Counted from the stretch's first letter, positions 49,827 to 61,124 are shown. The stretch is 64,000 bases of DNA from Pristiophorus japonicus (GCF_044704955.1 NC_091984.1:145824001-145888000); one strand, 5' to 3'. The notes: generated by a model from the sequence alone, not told the origin. Program-made: numbers and translations.

Positions 49827-52800
49827 GAGGTGACTTGCTTCCACACTGAAATGGAGTATTTAAATAAACACTCGACACCAGGTCTGTGTTCGAAGATTCA
49901 AGCCGTCTTTATATTGCACCGGTGGGGAGGTGACCTGCTCCGGGTCTAACCAGGTCACTGTCCAACGATACATCAGTTTCAACAGCTTTTTATACACTTA
50001 AACATCTATGCTCAACCTCACGATTCATTGGCACCATTTGATTCGTTCAAAACCCATGTGCACAGTGGCTGATTGGTTACCTATTTTTATGCCTAGCTCG
50101 CATAACATTCAAAGTTTGTCTGAAGTTTGTGCTTTGTACATTTGAAGCCGTTACTGCTCCTTAGACTAGCCGTTTGCCAACCACATCCCGTGCTTGTGCT
50201 TCAGACGTTATTTTACAGGATTCTTTGTAGCTTAAGCCTGTCTGCGGTTTATTTGTATATGTCCTTTCAGCCATTGAAGGTAGTTTGCAGCTTGCATTTT
50301 TAACCCCTTAATTCCTGAAGGTTGCAATGTCCCACTTCAGTCCCCCCTTTTGGTACTTGGGTACCCGGCCCAAGTATACGAACCTAATTCTGCTCCATCC
50401 TGTGTCCCCTGCCCCATTCTGTGGTGATCAGCCACAGGTTTGGGGGGCCCGGGACGTAACCTACGTCTCAGAATATTTCAGGGTGCTCGGCTAGTAATTT
50501 CCGCTGTTCGTTAATCAACGACTTTGCTTTCCTTTTCCTGCATGCCAGAAATAACGCAATTCCCCATCCCACTGCTAATCCTAACTGTATAACCACCAGT
50601 ACATGAGAAGCTATAGAAATCCATGGATGGATATCCACATTCATTCCCCAATCCCATACATGATTCCACCACTGAGTGTCCTTTAGGGTTTCTTCGATGT
50701 CCTTCGAATGCTTTATGGTATCTTCCAAAATCTCCTGATAATGTACTTTTACTTTCTCAGTGGCCTTTTCCAATTGTATCAAATGTTCTTCGAGACGGGG
50801 AATGCTCTGCCAGCTGGGTATCTCGAATTGTTTCATTTCATCATTCCATTCTGGGTTGTTTAAAGTCCTCCTTTTGTGGGAATAGGTATCGATGGCCTAT
50901 CTGGACCACAGCTTTGGACGTAAAACAGAAATTAAGTTGTGGGATCGCACATATGACATTACCATGCTTGTACTCATTTACCTTGGTAGGGATGCAGTAC
51001 GTCCCATCATCCCGGGCTGCCACCTCAGTCCCTCCCTGACTAAGGGGGCTGATTTCCAGCGTGTAATTAACCGTCTGATTGACCCCGCACGCTGTACGTT
51101 GCCCTCCTTCTATGGTGTGTGCACACACTATCACATCTGAATATTGCGTGCAGCTGTCGATGTGCACCCCTTGGAAAGGGCCACTTATTTTCATCACATG
51201 GGGGGGGGGATATCGTAAAATAAAACCCAGGATTGACCTTGTATCTCGCCAATGTTCCATACTGTCAATTGGCCCAATTAACTATCCAAATTCATTATAT
51301 CTTCCCTTTGGCAGTTACATGTTTAACTCTATTCTTTCAGTGATATTTACTTGCCGATGCAAATAAATACTTAATGACATCCGTGCCCCAAGTCTCACAG
51401 TTTGGACTGGGGTAAAACAAACATTCCCGTTGCGATGGGACAAGTCAGGTTGGTACCGTACTGGTATTCCCGGTATAAGGTGCTGACACAATATTGATAC
51501 TTCCCTCTTTATACGGATCCTACAGGAAAATGCTGTCCTTCATGCTGCAGTTCCATGTTATCCCATCCCAATTAAACCTGCCTGCAGAGGCTGCAAGTTC
51601 TACCAGGTTGTAGAGGCAAATGTCCTGAGCTTGAGCACACCCAATTCAGCCTGGGGCTACACATATTTTTCCTATCCACCCGGGTTACATCTCCGGTCTT
51701 CATTGTATCCTACTACATTTTCTCAGGCATGATTGGGTAATACCCTACTATCTCTAACAGGGTGATGTCATTCTGTTCCTGTAAATGGCACTCGTGCCAC
51801 CGGGTACATCTGTACCAACCTTCTGACTTGCCACAGAGTCTCAGTAAGTTGATAAGTCGAACTTGCCCTCAGATCTCGATCAGTTACCCAGAAAGGGAGC
51901 TTTCCCTCTGCAATATGCTGCAGTTTACCTTGGGCTTGTTCCACTAACCAAGATCCATACATTACTTCCAGCCGTTTCATTGAAGATGATTTGTTCACCT
52001 TCTATAATCTGGTTTACCCCCTTTTTAGCATAAACCAGTTGCAACATATTAATCAGGCCTCACTGCCTTCTGTTATGATTCTCCCCAATAGTCTCGACAC
52101 CATTCTTGTCAAGGTACGATCAAGCCCATCACACCCCCTAAATTCAGTGCTGGTTGTACTGGCCCTCTCCCAAAATCCCTTGATCATTCTCCCATGTAGC
52201 CATGCTGTTTTAGGCTTGCACCACCCAGGTAGTCCCACTTTGGTCAGACTCAATATTACAGGTACCCACTTTGTGATGCACATCATGGTACAATATCATC
52301 TGAGTTGAGATTACCATTAGCCCAGTTGTTGGCCCTGGAATGTGTTTATGACAGACAATTTGCCTTTCCCACAAATCTGTTTATTCATTGGAGAAGGATC
52401 CTTGAGATGAGTTTAAAAAAAAACTCTACTGCTTTTACAACTCCTGTCCTTGCACACCTTGATATACTGGACGGTTAGAGTGGGATGATTACCATGCTCT
52501 GTAAATGTACCCTTATCCTATACCCTCGGCCATCCCTACTTCCACCATTCACAATTTGTCTCTTACTACATTGTGGGATTGGCGGGGTTTGCGAGGTATG
52601 TCTGTGTACAGGAGGTGGATCCAGATCTGGGACCCGAGGAGATTCTTCCACGTCCGTGTCCTGTCCACTTCCCTTTGGATCATACTGTACCTGATTAGGT
52701 GGGCGTATCCCTTCTTCCTCATCCCCCTGGAGAGGACGAAACCCACTCCCCATGTTCATAACCATTTCCTCTTGTCTCAGTACCTGTTGGTGAACTGAAA

Positions 52801-54307
52801 AAATGTAATCTGGTTAATATAAAACCATTTAATTTTCCTAGTTAACCGGGCTGCATATACCATGCGACTAACTTTATCAACAATATTATACGGTCCCTTG
52901 TTCCGGGGTTCAAAACTTCCACCCTGACATAGTTTTGTTCTATTACCTGGCCCCCCACCTCCCACTCCTGAGATTTACTCAGGGCCACATGTACTCGGTT
53001 ACGGTGGTGTGCCATCCTGATCCCTCAGGCGCAATCCACGAACCCGTTTCTTCCCGATGGTCACCAACTTAAAACAAAAGAAACAGAGAATCTCTGGTGA
53101 TTCTGCTTAAGAGCCTGAGGGGTTAATTTGTAATATGATCCAAAATTCCTTCTACCCCAGGAGCAAATATTCTCTTCAAATTAAGAAAATCTCCAATATT
53201 CAAAAGGTCTTGCCCACTGAATTAAAACAGAGTTTCGAAAGCCGACAAACACAGACACAATCAATGTCAACCTTCGTCCCACAGCTTGCAGCCTTTCCAG
53301 TTTAACCTCTCTGTGTGTTACACTTAAAGTAAGCTTAAAATAAACATTCAGAAACACAACTCTGCACACAATCGCATTTCATGTTTTTCTTCCCAGATAC
53401 ACATTGGTCAGAATTTTTTAAACCATACCAATTATTGATGTGAAATGCCTTATGTTCGAAACTAAAGTCTCTCCACACAATTTACAACAACCAGAATTTT
53501 ATCGGCCAGAATAAAAGTCTGATTTTTAATAGGTTAATTAATCTCAGTAATTCCAATCTTAAACTCTCCAATGCCACTTGGAAAAGGGGGAGGAGCCACA
53601 ATCACATGAAGGAGTATGCCTTCCCAAAAACTTTAAACACAGAAAAACACCAGAACAGTGAAGAAAAACATAATCTTCCCTTTTCTCCTTTTTATTGACT
53701 CATAACTATTCATTATTCCTTAAACCAGTTTCAATTTCTGATCCCCGTACACTCCAAATGCACCTCTGATTACCTTTTAAATGTGGTGAGGGTTTTTGCC
53801 TCTACCACCCTTTCAGGCAGTGAGTTATAGATCCCCACCACCCTCTGGGTGAAGAGATCTTCTCTAATCCTCCCCCCTTCTATGTTGTCATCCTGACGTG
53901 TGCTGTCACCATCACACCTTCTGTCGGTTTATTTCGTCACTTCTCAGTCAATAGTCTAGTCCGTCTACTTAATTCTCAATACGCGCTGGTCAATAAATGA
54001 GGACTTTCTCCTCTTTTTGTTTCTTTTCCGACTCCCACCACTTCCTTTGTGCCACAGGTGCATCGTCTGGTTTCCAATTTAGTTTAATCTTTATTTCAAT
54101 TAGTTTTCAATTTTTATCTGTTAGGTACAATGTCAGAGACCGCTCTAGTCCCAATTCGAGTTTCTCACTTCCCATGGGTAGATGTTGTCAGCTGTACATT
54201 CCTTAATTACTCGCCCTGAGTGAGACCGATACTTGCAACCCTATCCTCTTGGTTGTCAGTGGTACGCCCCGAACTTACTCCTCACAATTGAGACCGATAC
54301 TTGTAGC
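49827..54307 (-). mobile_element. Degenerate env-bearing retroviral-like element: 3' LTR about 49827-50339, env about 50468-52300, integrase C-terminus 52777-52965
   Basis: PPT aaaaggggggac next to the LTR; TM anchor WWNHVWDWG..HPWISIASHVLVVIQLGLAVGWG; Cys-rich ectodomain; GPY motif FEPRNKGPYNIVDKVS. Confidence 0.7.
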
Positions 54308-55361
54308 ATTTACTTCTCGGCCTTTTGGCTAAGATCTGCATAACTAACCTGACCAGCCACCATGACGTCCGGGTGGTTCCTCCCTGGTCAGGAAGGTATA
54401 TGCTTACATTTTTGTAAACAGGAGGTGGGTGGGATTGGTGACCCATCCACCTCCACGGAGGTGTGTGGGGGACCTGACCCATCCACCTCCATGGCACGAA
54501 CCTGGTATTGCAGTACTTCCAGGAACGGTGCAGTGGCTCTAGGCCTTTTGGCTAAGAGCATTGGCGCAGAGTGATCCTTGACTGGTGCAGGGTGACCTCT
54601 GGCGTTTGACAAAGAATTGTAACGATTGGATAACGATTGGACATGAATTTAAAAAAAAAAAAAAAAATTTACTTCTCGGCCTTTTGGCTAAGATCTGCAT
54701 AACTAACCTGACCAGCCACCATGACTTCCGGGTGGTTTCTCCCTGGTCAGGAAGGTATATGCTTACATTTTTGTAAACAGGAGGTGGGTGGGATTGGTGA
54801 CCCATCCACCTCCACGGAGGTGTGTGGGGGACCTGACCCATCCACCTCCATGGCACGAACCTGGTATTGCAGTACTTCCAGGAACGGTGCAGTGGCTCTA
54901 GGCCTTTTGGCTAAGAGCATTAGCGCAGAGTGATCCTTGACTGGTGCAGGGTGACCTCTGGCGTTTGACAAAGAATTGTAACGATTGGATAACGATTGGA
55001 CATGAATTTAAAAAAAAAAAAAAAAAAATACTTCTCGGCCTTTTGGCTAAGATCTGCATAACTAACCTGACCAGCCACCATGACCTCCGGGTGGTTTCTC
55101 CCTGGTCAGGAAGGTATATGCTTACATTTTTGTAAACAGGAGGTGGGTGGGATGGCTTGACCCATCCACCTCCACAGAGGTGTGTGGGGGACCTGACCCA
55201 TCCACCTCCATGGCACGAACCTGGTATTGCAGTACTTCCAGGAATGGTGCAGTGGCTCTAGGCCTTTTGGCTAAGAGTATTGGCGCAGAGTGATCCTTGA
55301 CTGGTGCAGGGTGACCTCTGGCGTTTGACAAAGAATTGGACACGAATTAAAAAAAAAAAAA
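54308..55361 (+). mobile_element. Head-to-tail trimer of full-length U2/U1-chimeric SINE (units start about 54308, 54668 and 55029; period 359)
   Basis: Each unit starts with cttctcggccttttggctaagatc (identical to U2 nt 5-28), contains the U2 3' stem-loop IV and ends in an A-run. Confidence 0.92.
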
Positions 55362-55371
55362 TCTGACCAGA

Positions 55372-56314
55372 ATGCACAATTTGATACGGAATGACAAGAA
55401 AATTGAGGAAGCTCTGTCAAAGCAAAGCAGAGACATCCACCAATTTAGAGTCGAAATGAGTTACAAGAAGGGGCAACTAGTGAGAATTGCAGACGAAGTC
55501 ACCTCTTTGACAGTACACCACTGGTGGGATGTGTTTACCGGATGGTCCCCAAAAGCTACAGCAGTACTGAAGCTTGCTATACACCCCATAGTAATCGTAG
55601 GCATGGTTATGCTTGTATTATTAATAATCCTTTGTGGAATGTGGATAAAATTAAAAAATGTAATTAGTCAAGTAATGGGCCTGCTCTCTGAAATAGAAAG
55701 AAAAGGTGTATGCATGAAAGGAAGGTTAAGTCGCTTAGAGGAAAAGGTTGATGAAGACGAATATCTCCAAATGCGACCCTATCCTGAAGGGTATAAACCC
55801 CCTTTTGTTCAAGAAGAGAATATTGTGTTGATCTAAAAAAAAAGATCAACAAGGAGGGAATTGTGGAAGAAAGAATCGATGAATCTATGGCTTATGGAAA
55901 AGGGAAGGGTTAAATTCTGGTTTTGCTATGCTTAAAGAAATAATAGGACTAGAAAAATAGCTACGCTTTTTAGCCTTGAAACTTAGAGATGCAATTAAAT
56001 GACCATCTGGTATTAAAAGGGAGTCTCCTGTTATCAGATTGTGAACAGGGAGAAACTATGCAAGGACAGATAGAGTGTGTACCTCCCGAGACGACCTTTG
56101 TACTCGCGGGACTAATGAATAAGATTCCTTTTATATTTCTGTATTCAATTTCTGTATAAAGATAGAGACAATTTGCTTGTACAGGAGAGTTTTCTGCCTT
56201 GGTACGGTCCAAGCAGGCTCTCCGAGATATCTCGCTTTTTAAAATATAATTCTCTCGAAGTGCAATTCTGAAAGTCTCCGCCTGTGTTAATTTAAGCTAA
56301 ATATTTCCTTGACA
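55372..56314 (+). mobile_element. 3' end of a second env-bearing retroviral-like element (env TM 55372-55836, PPT, LTR 55862-56314)
   Basis: HHWWDVFTGWSPKATAVLKLAIHPIVIVGMVMLVLLIILCGMW; aacaaggagggaat|TG...CA; inserted into a Gypsy integrase. Confidence 0.75.
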
Positions 56315-57325
56315 GTGACAATGGCCCGTGCTTCACAAGCACTGAATTCCAGGACTTCATGGCAGGCAATGGAATTAACCATGTCAGAGCGGCACCGTTC
56401 AAGCCGGCCTCAAACGACCAGGCAGAACGAGCAGTGCAGATAATCAAACAGGGGATGCTCAGAATCCAAGGGGGTTCCCTGCAAAGGCGATTATCACGCC
56501 TCCCGTTGGCCTATAGATCCCGACCACACTCGCTCACAGGGGTTCCACCCGCAGAGCTGCTAATGAAAAGGACGCTCAAAACCCGGCTATCCCTTATACA
56601 CCCAACCATGAAAGAAATTGTCGAGAGCAGGCGCCAGCCACAATATGACTACCATGACAGGAATGCGAGGGCGCGATGTATTGATCTAAATGATCCTGTT
56701 TTTGTCCTCAACTACGCAGCAGGGCCCAAATGGCTCGCAGGCACTGTGATTGCCAAAGAGGGAAGTAGGATTCTGGTAGTTAAACTTACCAATGGACAAA
56801 TCTGCCGCAAACACGTGGATCAAACAAAAAGGAGGTTCAGCAACCCCATAGAAGAAGCAGAGGAAGAACACGATGTAGAGTTCACTCCACCACAGGTGAC
56901 CGAACACCAGAACCAAAGGGAGGAGAGCCCAATCACTGTGGGCAGTCTGGATAGGCCTGAGGCACCGCAAACAGCAGACACTCAGGCCAGCGGCCAACAA
57001 CCGGAGCCCCAGCTCAGGCGCTCTACAAGAGTGCGTAAACCACCAGAGAGACTCAACCTGTGATCCCAATAAGACTTTGGCGGGGAGGTGATGTCATGTA
57101 TTCAACCAGCATTGTAACCCATGTATAATCTGACCTAAGTTGTACACTGTGAGAACAATGACCACGAGGGGGAGACACTCCGAACCTGGGCCTTCAGGTG
57201 TAAAAGGGGAAGCTCCACCACCTTCATCACTTGAGTGCTAAGGAATAAAGGACAGTTCACAGACTGACCTTCACTCAAGCATGGGCCTCATGTGCATTTA
57301 TACTGTATAGTAAGGACGTATCACA
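56315..57325 (+). mobile_element. Gypsy integrase C-terminus plus 3' LTR (57092-57325)
   Basis: DNGPCFTSTEFQDF..PASNDQAERAVQ..LRRSTRVRKPPERLNL; PPT ggggaggtga then TGTCATG; related to 24781-29097. Confidence 0.9.
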
Positions 57326-57599
57326 CCCCACAGTTATATATAATATATAATAATGGACACACAGCCCCACCTCCTGTACGGTTTTACAATGACTGACACA
57401 CAGCTCGATGGGAGTGACGGCAGGAATATTCAGCTGGAAGCTGCAGTGAATTGGGAAAGGTGGAGTGGGTCAGAGAGGAGTTGGAGCTGTGTCTTCATCA
57501 CTGACAATCTCACAGCTCTACTCTGTACATTCAGACAGCACGGAGACACTGGGTGGTTCCTGTGTCCTCAATCCAAATAATCTCACAAACCCCCCACTA

Positions 57600-58325
57600 T
57601 TGAGAGGGCCACAACTTATAAAACCCAAAGCATAAACATGAAAGGAAAGTGAACAAGTGAAATGGTCATCCTCTTTCCCTGCCCACCCCACACTCCAGGA
57701 CCTGTGGTGCCCAACCGTCGCAAAAGGCCTCAGGCCTATCCTGGGCTCCGTCCCCAGCGCCACCCGGGTGCGGACAAAGCCGCCGAAGGGAGGCAGGCAG
57801 GCAGTGCGTCCACTCCATGGGCCCCGTCTAACTGGGACAACTGGGACCTGTGGATGGCCACCTTGGCCAGGCCCAGGAGCAGGCCCACGGGAAGGCCCTC
57901 CAACCTGCCCACTCCACCTGCCCACTCCCCCCGCACCAGGTGACCAGGCCCAGGAATGTGGGACTGAAGTGGAGCCAGAAATCGAGGAGCAGCCCCTTCA
58001 AATAGTGGAAGAGGGGCTGCATCCTCTCACACTCCACGTACACACGGGTCACGGACTGAGGAAACAGGTTTCTAAAGCCCCTGAAACTCGTTATCTTACA
58101 ATGATCTCCGAGGAAGGCCTGTGTCAGCAACACAAACATCTCGCTTGCAGACGGAGCCCGTTGTTCAAGGGGCACAAAGAGGTGAGCCCTGTGTGACGGG
58201 GACTTTCATTCTCCAGCAATTCCGTGGCCCCAGGGTTACCGTCTGATGGGGCGGGAAGGGCAGCTGGGAGATTTGTCCCAAACACGTCGGATCCCCAACT
58301 CTCCCGGGCACTGCCACAGGAAACT
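57600..58325 (-). mobile_element. Degenerate Tx1-like LINE 3' fragment
   Basis: VYVECERMQPLFHYLKGLLLDFWLHFSPT..LLLGLAKVAIHRS. Confidence 0.65.
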
Positions 58326-58593
58326 CGGACAGAGAGAGAGAGGGAGGGAGTGAGTGAGGGAGGGGGAGTGAGTGAGGGAGGGAGGTGGAGAGTGAGGATG
58401 GTAGAGGGAGAGTGAGGGAGGGGGAGAGGGAGAAAAATTGAGGGGGAAAGAGTGCGAGAGGCAGTCAGAGAGAAGCAAAATGAGAGAGTGAGAAAGAGAG
58501 ATAAAGTGAGGGAGACAGTGAGACGCTGAGAAAGACACACACACACACACAGACAGAGAGAGGGGGAGAGAGACTGAGTGAGCCAGGGACGGA

Positions 58594-58632
58594 GTATATT
58601 GTACAGCCACTGCACTGGAAGCTGTCACTGTG
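58594..58632 (+). promoter_or_regulatory. 23-bp-spacer recombination signal sequence 5' of J
   Basis: Nonamer gtatattgt (58594-58602, 6/9 to GGTTTTTGT), exactly 23-bp spacer, perfect heptamer CACTGTG (58626-58632). Confidence 0.8.
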
Positions 58633-58667
58633 GCTCACTTTCAGTAAAGGAACCAAGTTCAGACTGA
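58633..58667 (+). pseudogene. IGKJ: Ig light-chain J segment, shark kappa-type, with FGxG mutated
   Basis: LTFSKGTKFRL followed by phase-1 donor A|GTAAGT; compare shark kappa TFGKGTKLRLS. Confidence 0.85.
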
Positions 58668-58789
58668 GTAAGTAAACCCCAATGCTCCGTTATTAACACT
58701 TTAAATACTGAATCTTTCTAAGACACAAATGCTGAATATGCGAAGGTGTTAGTTTACAAATGATTACACTCGAGCCTCCCGTCTTTCCT

Positions 58790-59185
58790 CATCTAAATCT
58801 ATCAGCATAACCCTCTATTCCCTTCTCCCTCATATCCCTGTCTAGCCTCCCCTTAAATACATCGATTCTATTCACTTCAATCACTCCCTGTGGTAGCCAG
58901 TTCCACATTCTCACCACTCGCTGCGTGAAGAATTTTCTCCTGAATTCCCGATTGGATTTCTTGCTGACTATCTTATATTGATGGCCTCTCGTTCTGCTCT
59001 TCCCCACAAGTGGAAACACTCTCTCTGTATCCACTATATCAAAACCTTTCCTCATGTTAAAGACATCCATCAGGTCACCCCTCAGCCTCAAGAGAAAAGA
59101 GCCCCAGCCTGTTCATCCTTTCCTGATATGTACACCCTCGCATTTCTGGTCCCATCCTTGTAAACCTTCTCTGCACCCTCTCCTG
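58790..59185 (-). mobile_element. CR1 3' fragment in the J-C intron
   Basis: RLRGDLMDVF..SRTRGHQYKI..FFTQRVVRMWN. Confidence 0.8.
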
Positions 59186-59754
59186 TGCCTGTGTATGGGT
59201 TATATAATATGGTGGGGAGCTGCGGTGAATGAAAGGGTTAATTGAAGAGTGCTGTGTATGACAGGGAGCCCGGCTGTATTCCTTTACCCACACTCCCCCT
59301 TCACCCAGCAAAGTATAAATAACGAACTGTTACCCACCGTGTGGAGGAGATCTGGACGGTGACACACTGCGGTCCCATCCCTGCACCATCCCCGGAAATC
59401 GCTCCCGAGCCTCCTGCCTGTCTCAGTGTGACAGACACGGTGTGTGAGACATGGGCAGAGTGTGGGTGTGAGTGAGTGAGCTCGCTGGGGGCAGTCTGTG
59501 CTCCTGTCACAGTCTCTGATATAACTGAGCTCAGCCTCAGCACACTGACACTCCCGAGGTCCCGCCTCCCCCAGCTCCAACTCTGATCTGTCCAGCCCCC
59601 GCTCACCTCCTGTCCAACTTCTGATCACAAACAGGGGCAGCAGGGCTCGCAATCCAGCGGCTGCAGTGCTCCAGGGTTGTGGGGAGACTCTCAGTTGCTG
59701 TTTCTGTGGCTCGAGTTCAGGCCGATATTTATCCCTCAACCTACATCGCTTAAA

Positions 59755-60064
59755 AATAGAAAATAGGAGCAGTAGTAGGCCATTCGGCCCTTCGAGTCTG
59801 CACCGCCATTCAATATGATCATGGCTGTTCCTCTATCTCAACACCATATTACCGCTTTTTCCCCATATCCCTTGATGCCTTTTGTTTCTGGAAATCCATC
59901 TATTTGCCTCTTAAATATATTCAGTGACTTGGCCTCCACAGCCTTCTGTGGTAGAGAATTCCACAGGTTCACCACCCTCTGAGTGAAAACATTTCTCTTC
60001 ATCTCATTTGTAAATTTCCAATCGCGTATCCTGAGACTGTGACTCATTGTTCTAGACTTCCCAG
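59755..60064 (-). mobile_element. CR1 3' end in the J-C intron
   Basis: HSLRIR..FTQRVVNLWNSLPQ..GIKGYGEKA plus 3' UTR. Confidence 0.8.
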
Positions 60065-60412
60065 CCCCGCACTGTCGGAGGTGCCGTCTTTCGGATGAGA
60101 CGTTAAACTGAGGCCCCGTCTGCTCTCTCAGGTGGATGTAAAATACCCCATGCCACTATTTTGAAGAAGAGCAGGGGAGTTCTCCCCGGTGTCCTGATCA
60201 ATGTTTCTCTCTCAACCAACATGACAAAAGAACAGATTATCAGATTGTTATCACATCGCAGTTTGTGGGAGCTTGCTGTGCACAGATTGGCTGCCGTGTT
60301 TCCCACATTACAACAGTGACTATACTCCAAAAGTACTTCATTGGCTGTAAAGCGCTTTGAGATGTCCGGTGGTTGTGAAAGGTGCAATATAAATGCAAGA
60401 CTATCTTTTTTT
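60065..60412 (+). mobile_element. DeuSINE (SacSINE1-like)
   Basis: gcactgtcggaggtgccgtctttcggatgagacgttaaac..gaagaagagcaggggagttctcccc..tataaatgcaag. Confidence 0.8.
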
Positions 60413-60650
60413 TTAAATCACCTTAACATCAAACACATTTATATTTTGATTAAACTGATCAAGCGACGCAAAGAAGATGAAGAATTAGTGTTACTCACCT
60501 CTAATGGTTAATCACCAGCCAGGAGTTAATTAACCCAGCTCTCCGTTATCAGATGTAAATTATCCCCACACGGAAACACCCACAGTGACACACACACACA
60601 CACACACACACTAATATACACCTATTAAACATCCTTCTCCTCCCTTTCAG

Positions 60651-60965
60651 GCCGAGGGAAGACACCACCCACGCTGACCCTGCTGCCCCCCTCCCCGGAG
60701 GAGGTCACGACCAAGGGCACTGCCACCCTGGTGTGCCTCGCCGATCACTTCTACCCCGATGCGGTGGAGGTGGAGTGGAAGAAGGACGGGGCGACCTTTT
60801 CGCCCGGGGTCCAGACCAGCTTCGGACAACACCTACAGTGTCAGCAGCCTGCTGACCCCCTCTGGCTCCGACTGGGAGTCCAACGCCAGCTTCTCCTGCA
60901 GCCTCACCCACGAGAGCCTCTCCTCTCCCCTCAGCAAGGGCATCAGGAGAGCAGAATGCGCGTAG
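60651..60965 (+). pseudogene. IGKC: Ig light-chain constant exon, shark kappa-type, frameshifted
   Basis: Acceptor ccctttcag; PTLTLLPPSPEEVTTKGTATLVCLADHFYPDAVEVEWKKDG..GVQTS /frameshift/ ASDNTYSVSSLLT.SGSDWESNASFSCSLTHESLSSPLSKGIRRAECA*; splice phase matches the J donor. Confidence 0.92.
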
Positions 60966-61124
60966 TGTGTCAGGGACAGTCCGCGGGGAGATGCAACTTT
61001 AAATAGAACAGGGGGTGAGCCGGGAGGGCAAAGGTCATTGTCAGCACTGCATTTCTACTCTCTTCCTTCTCGGGACTGGGTCAGGGAAAGCATCTGAGGG
61101 TCAGGGGGTAAGGCACGTTATTGG

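Noticed and set aside
54308-55361. Tandem array of genuine U2 snRNA genes
   Set aside because: The units lack the branch-point region and stem II, contain U1-like and foreign sequence, end in poly(A), and leave no room for PSE/DSE or a 3' box.
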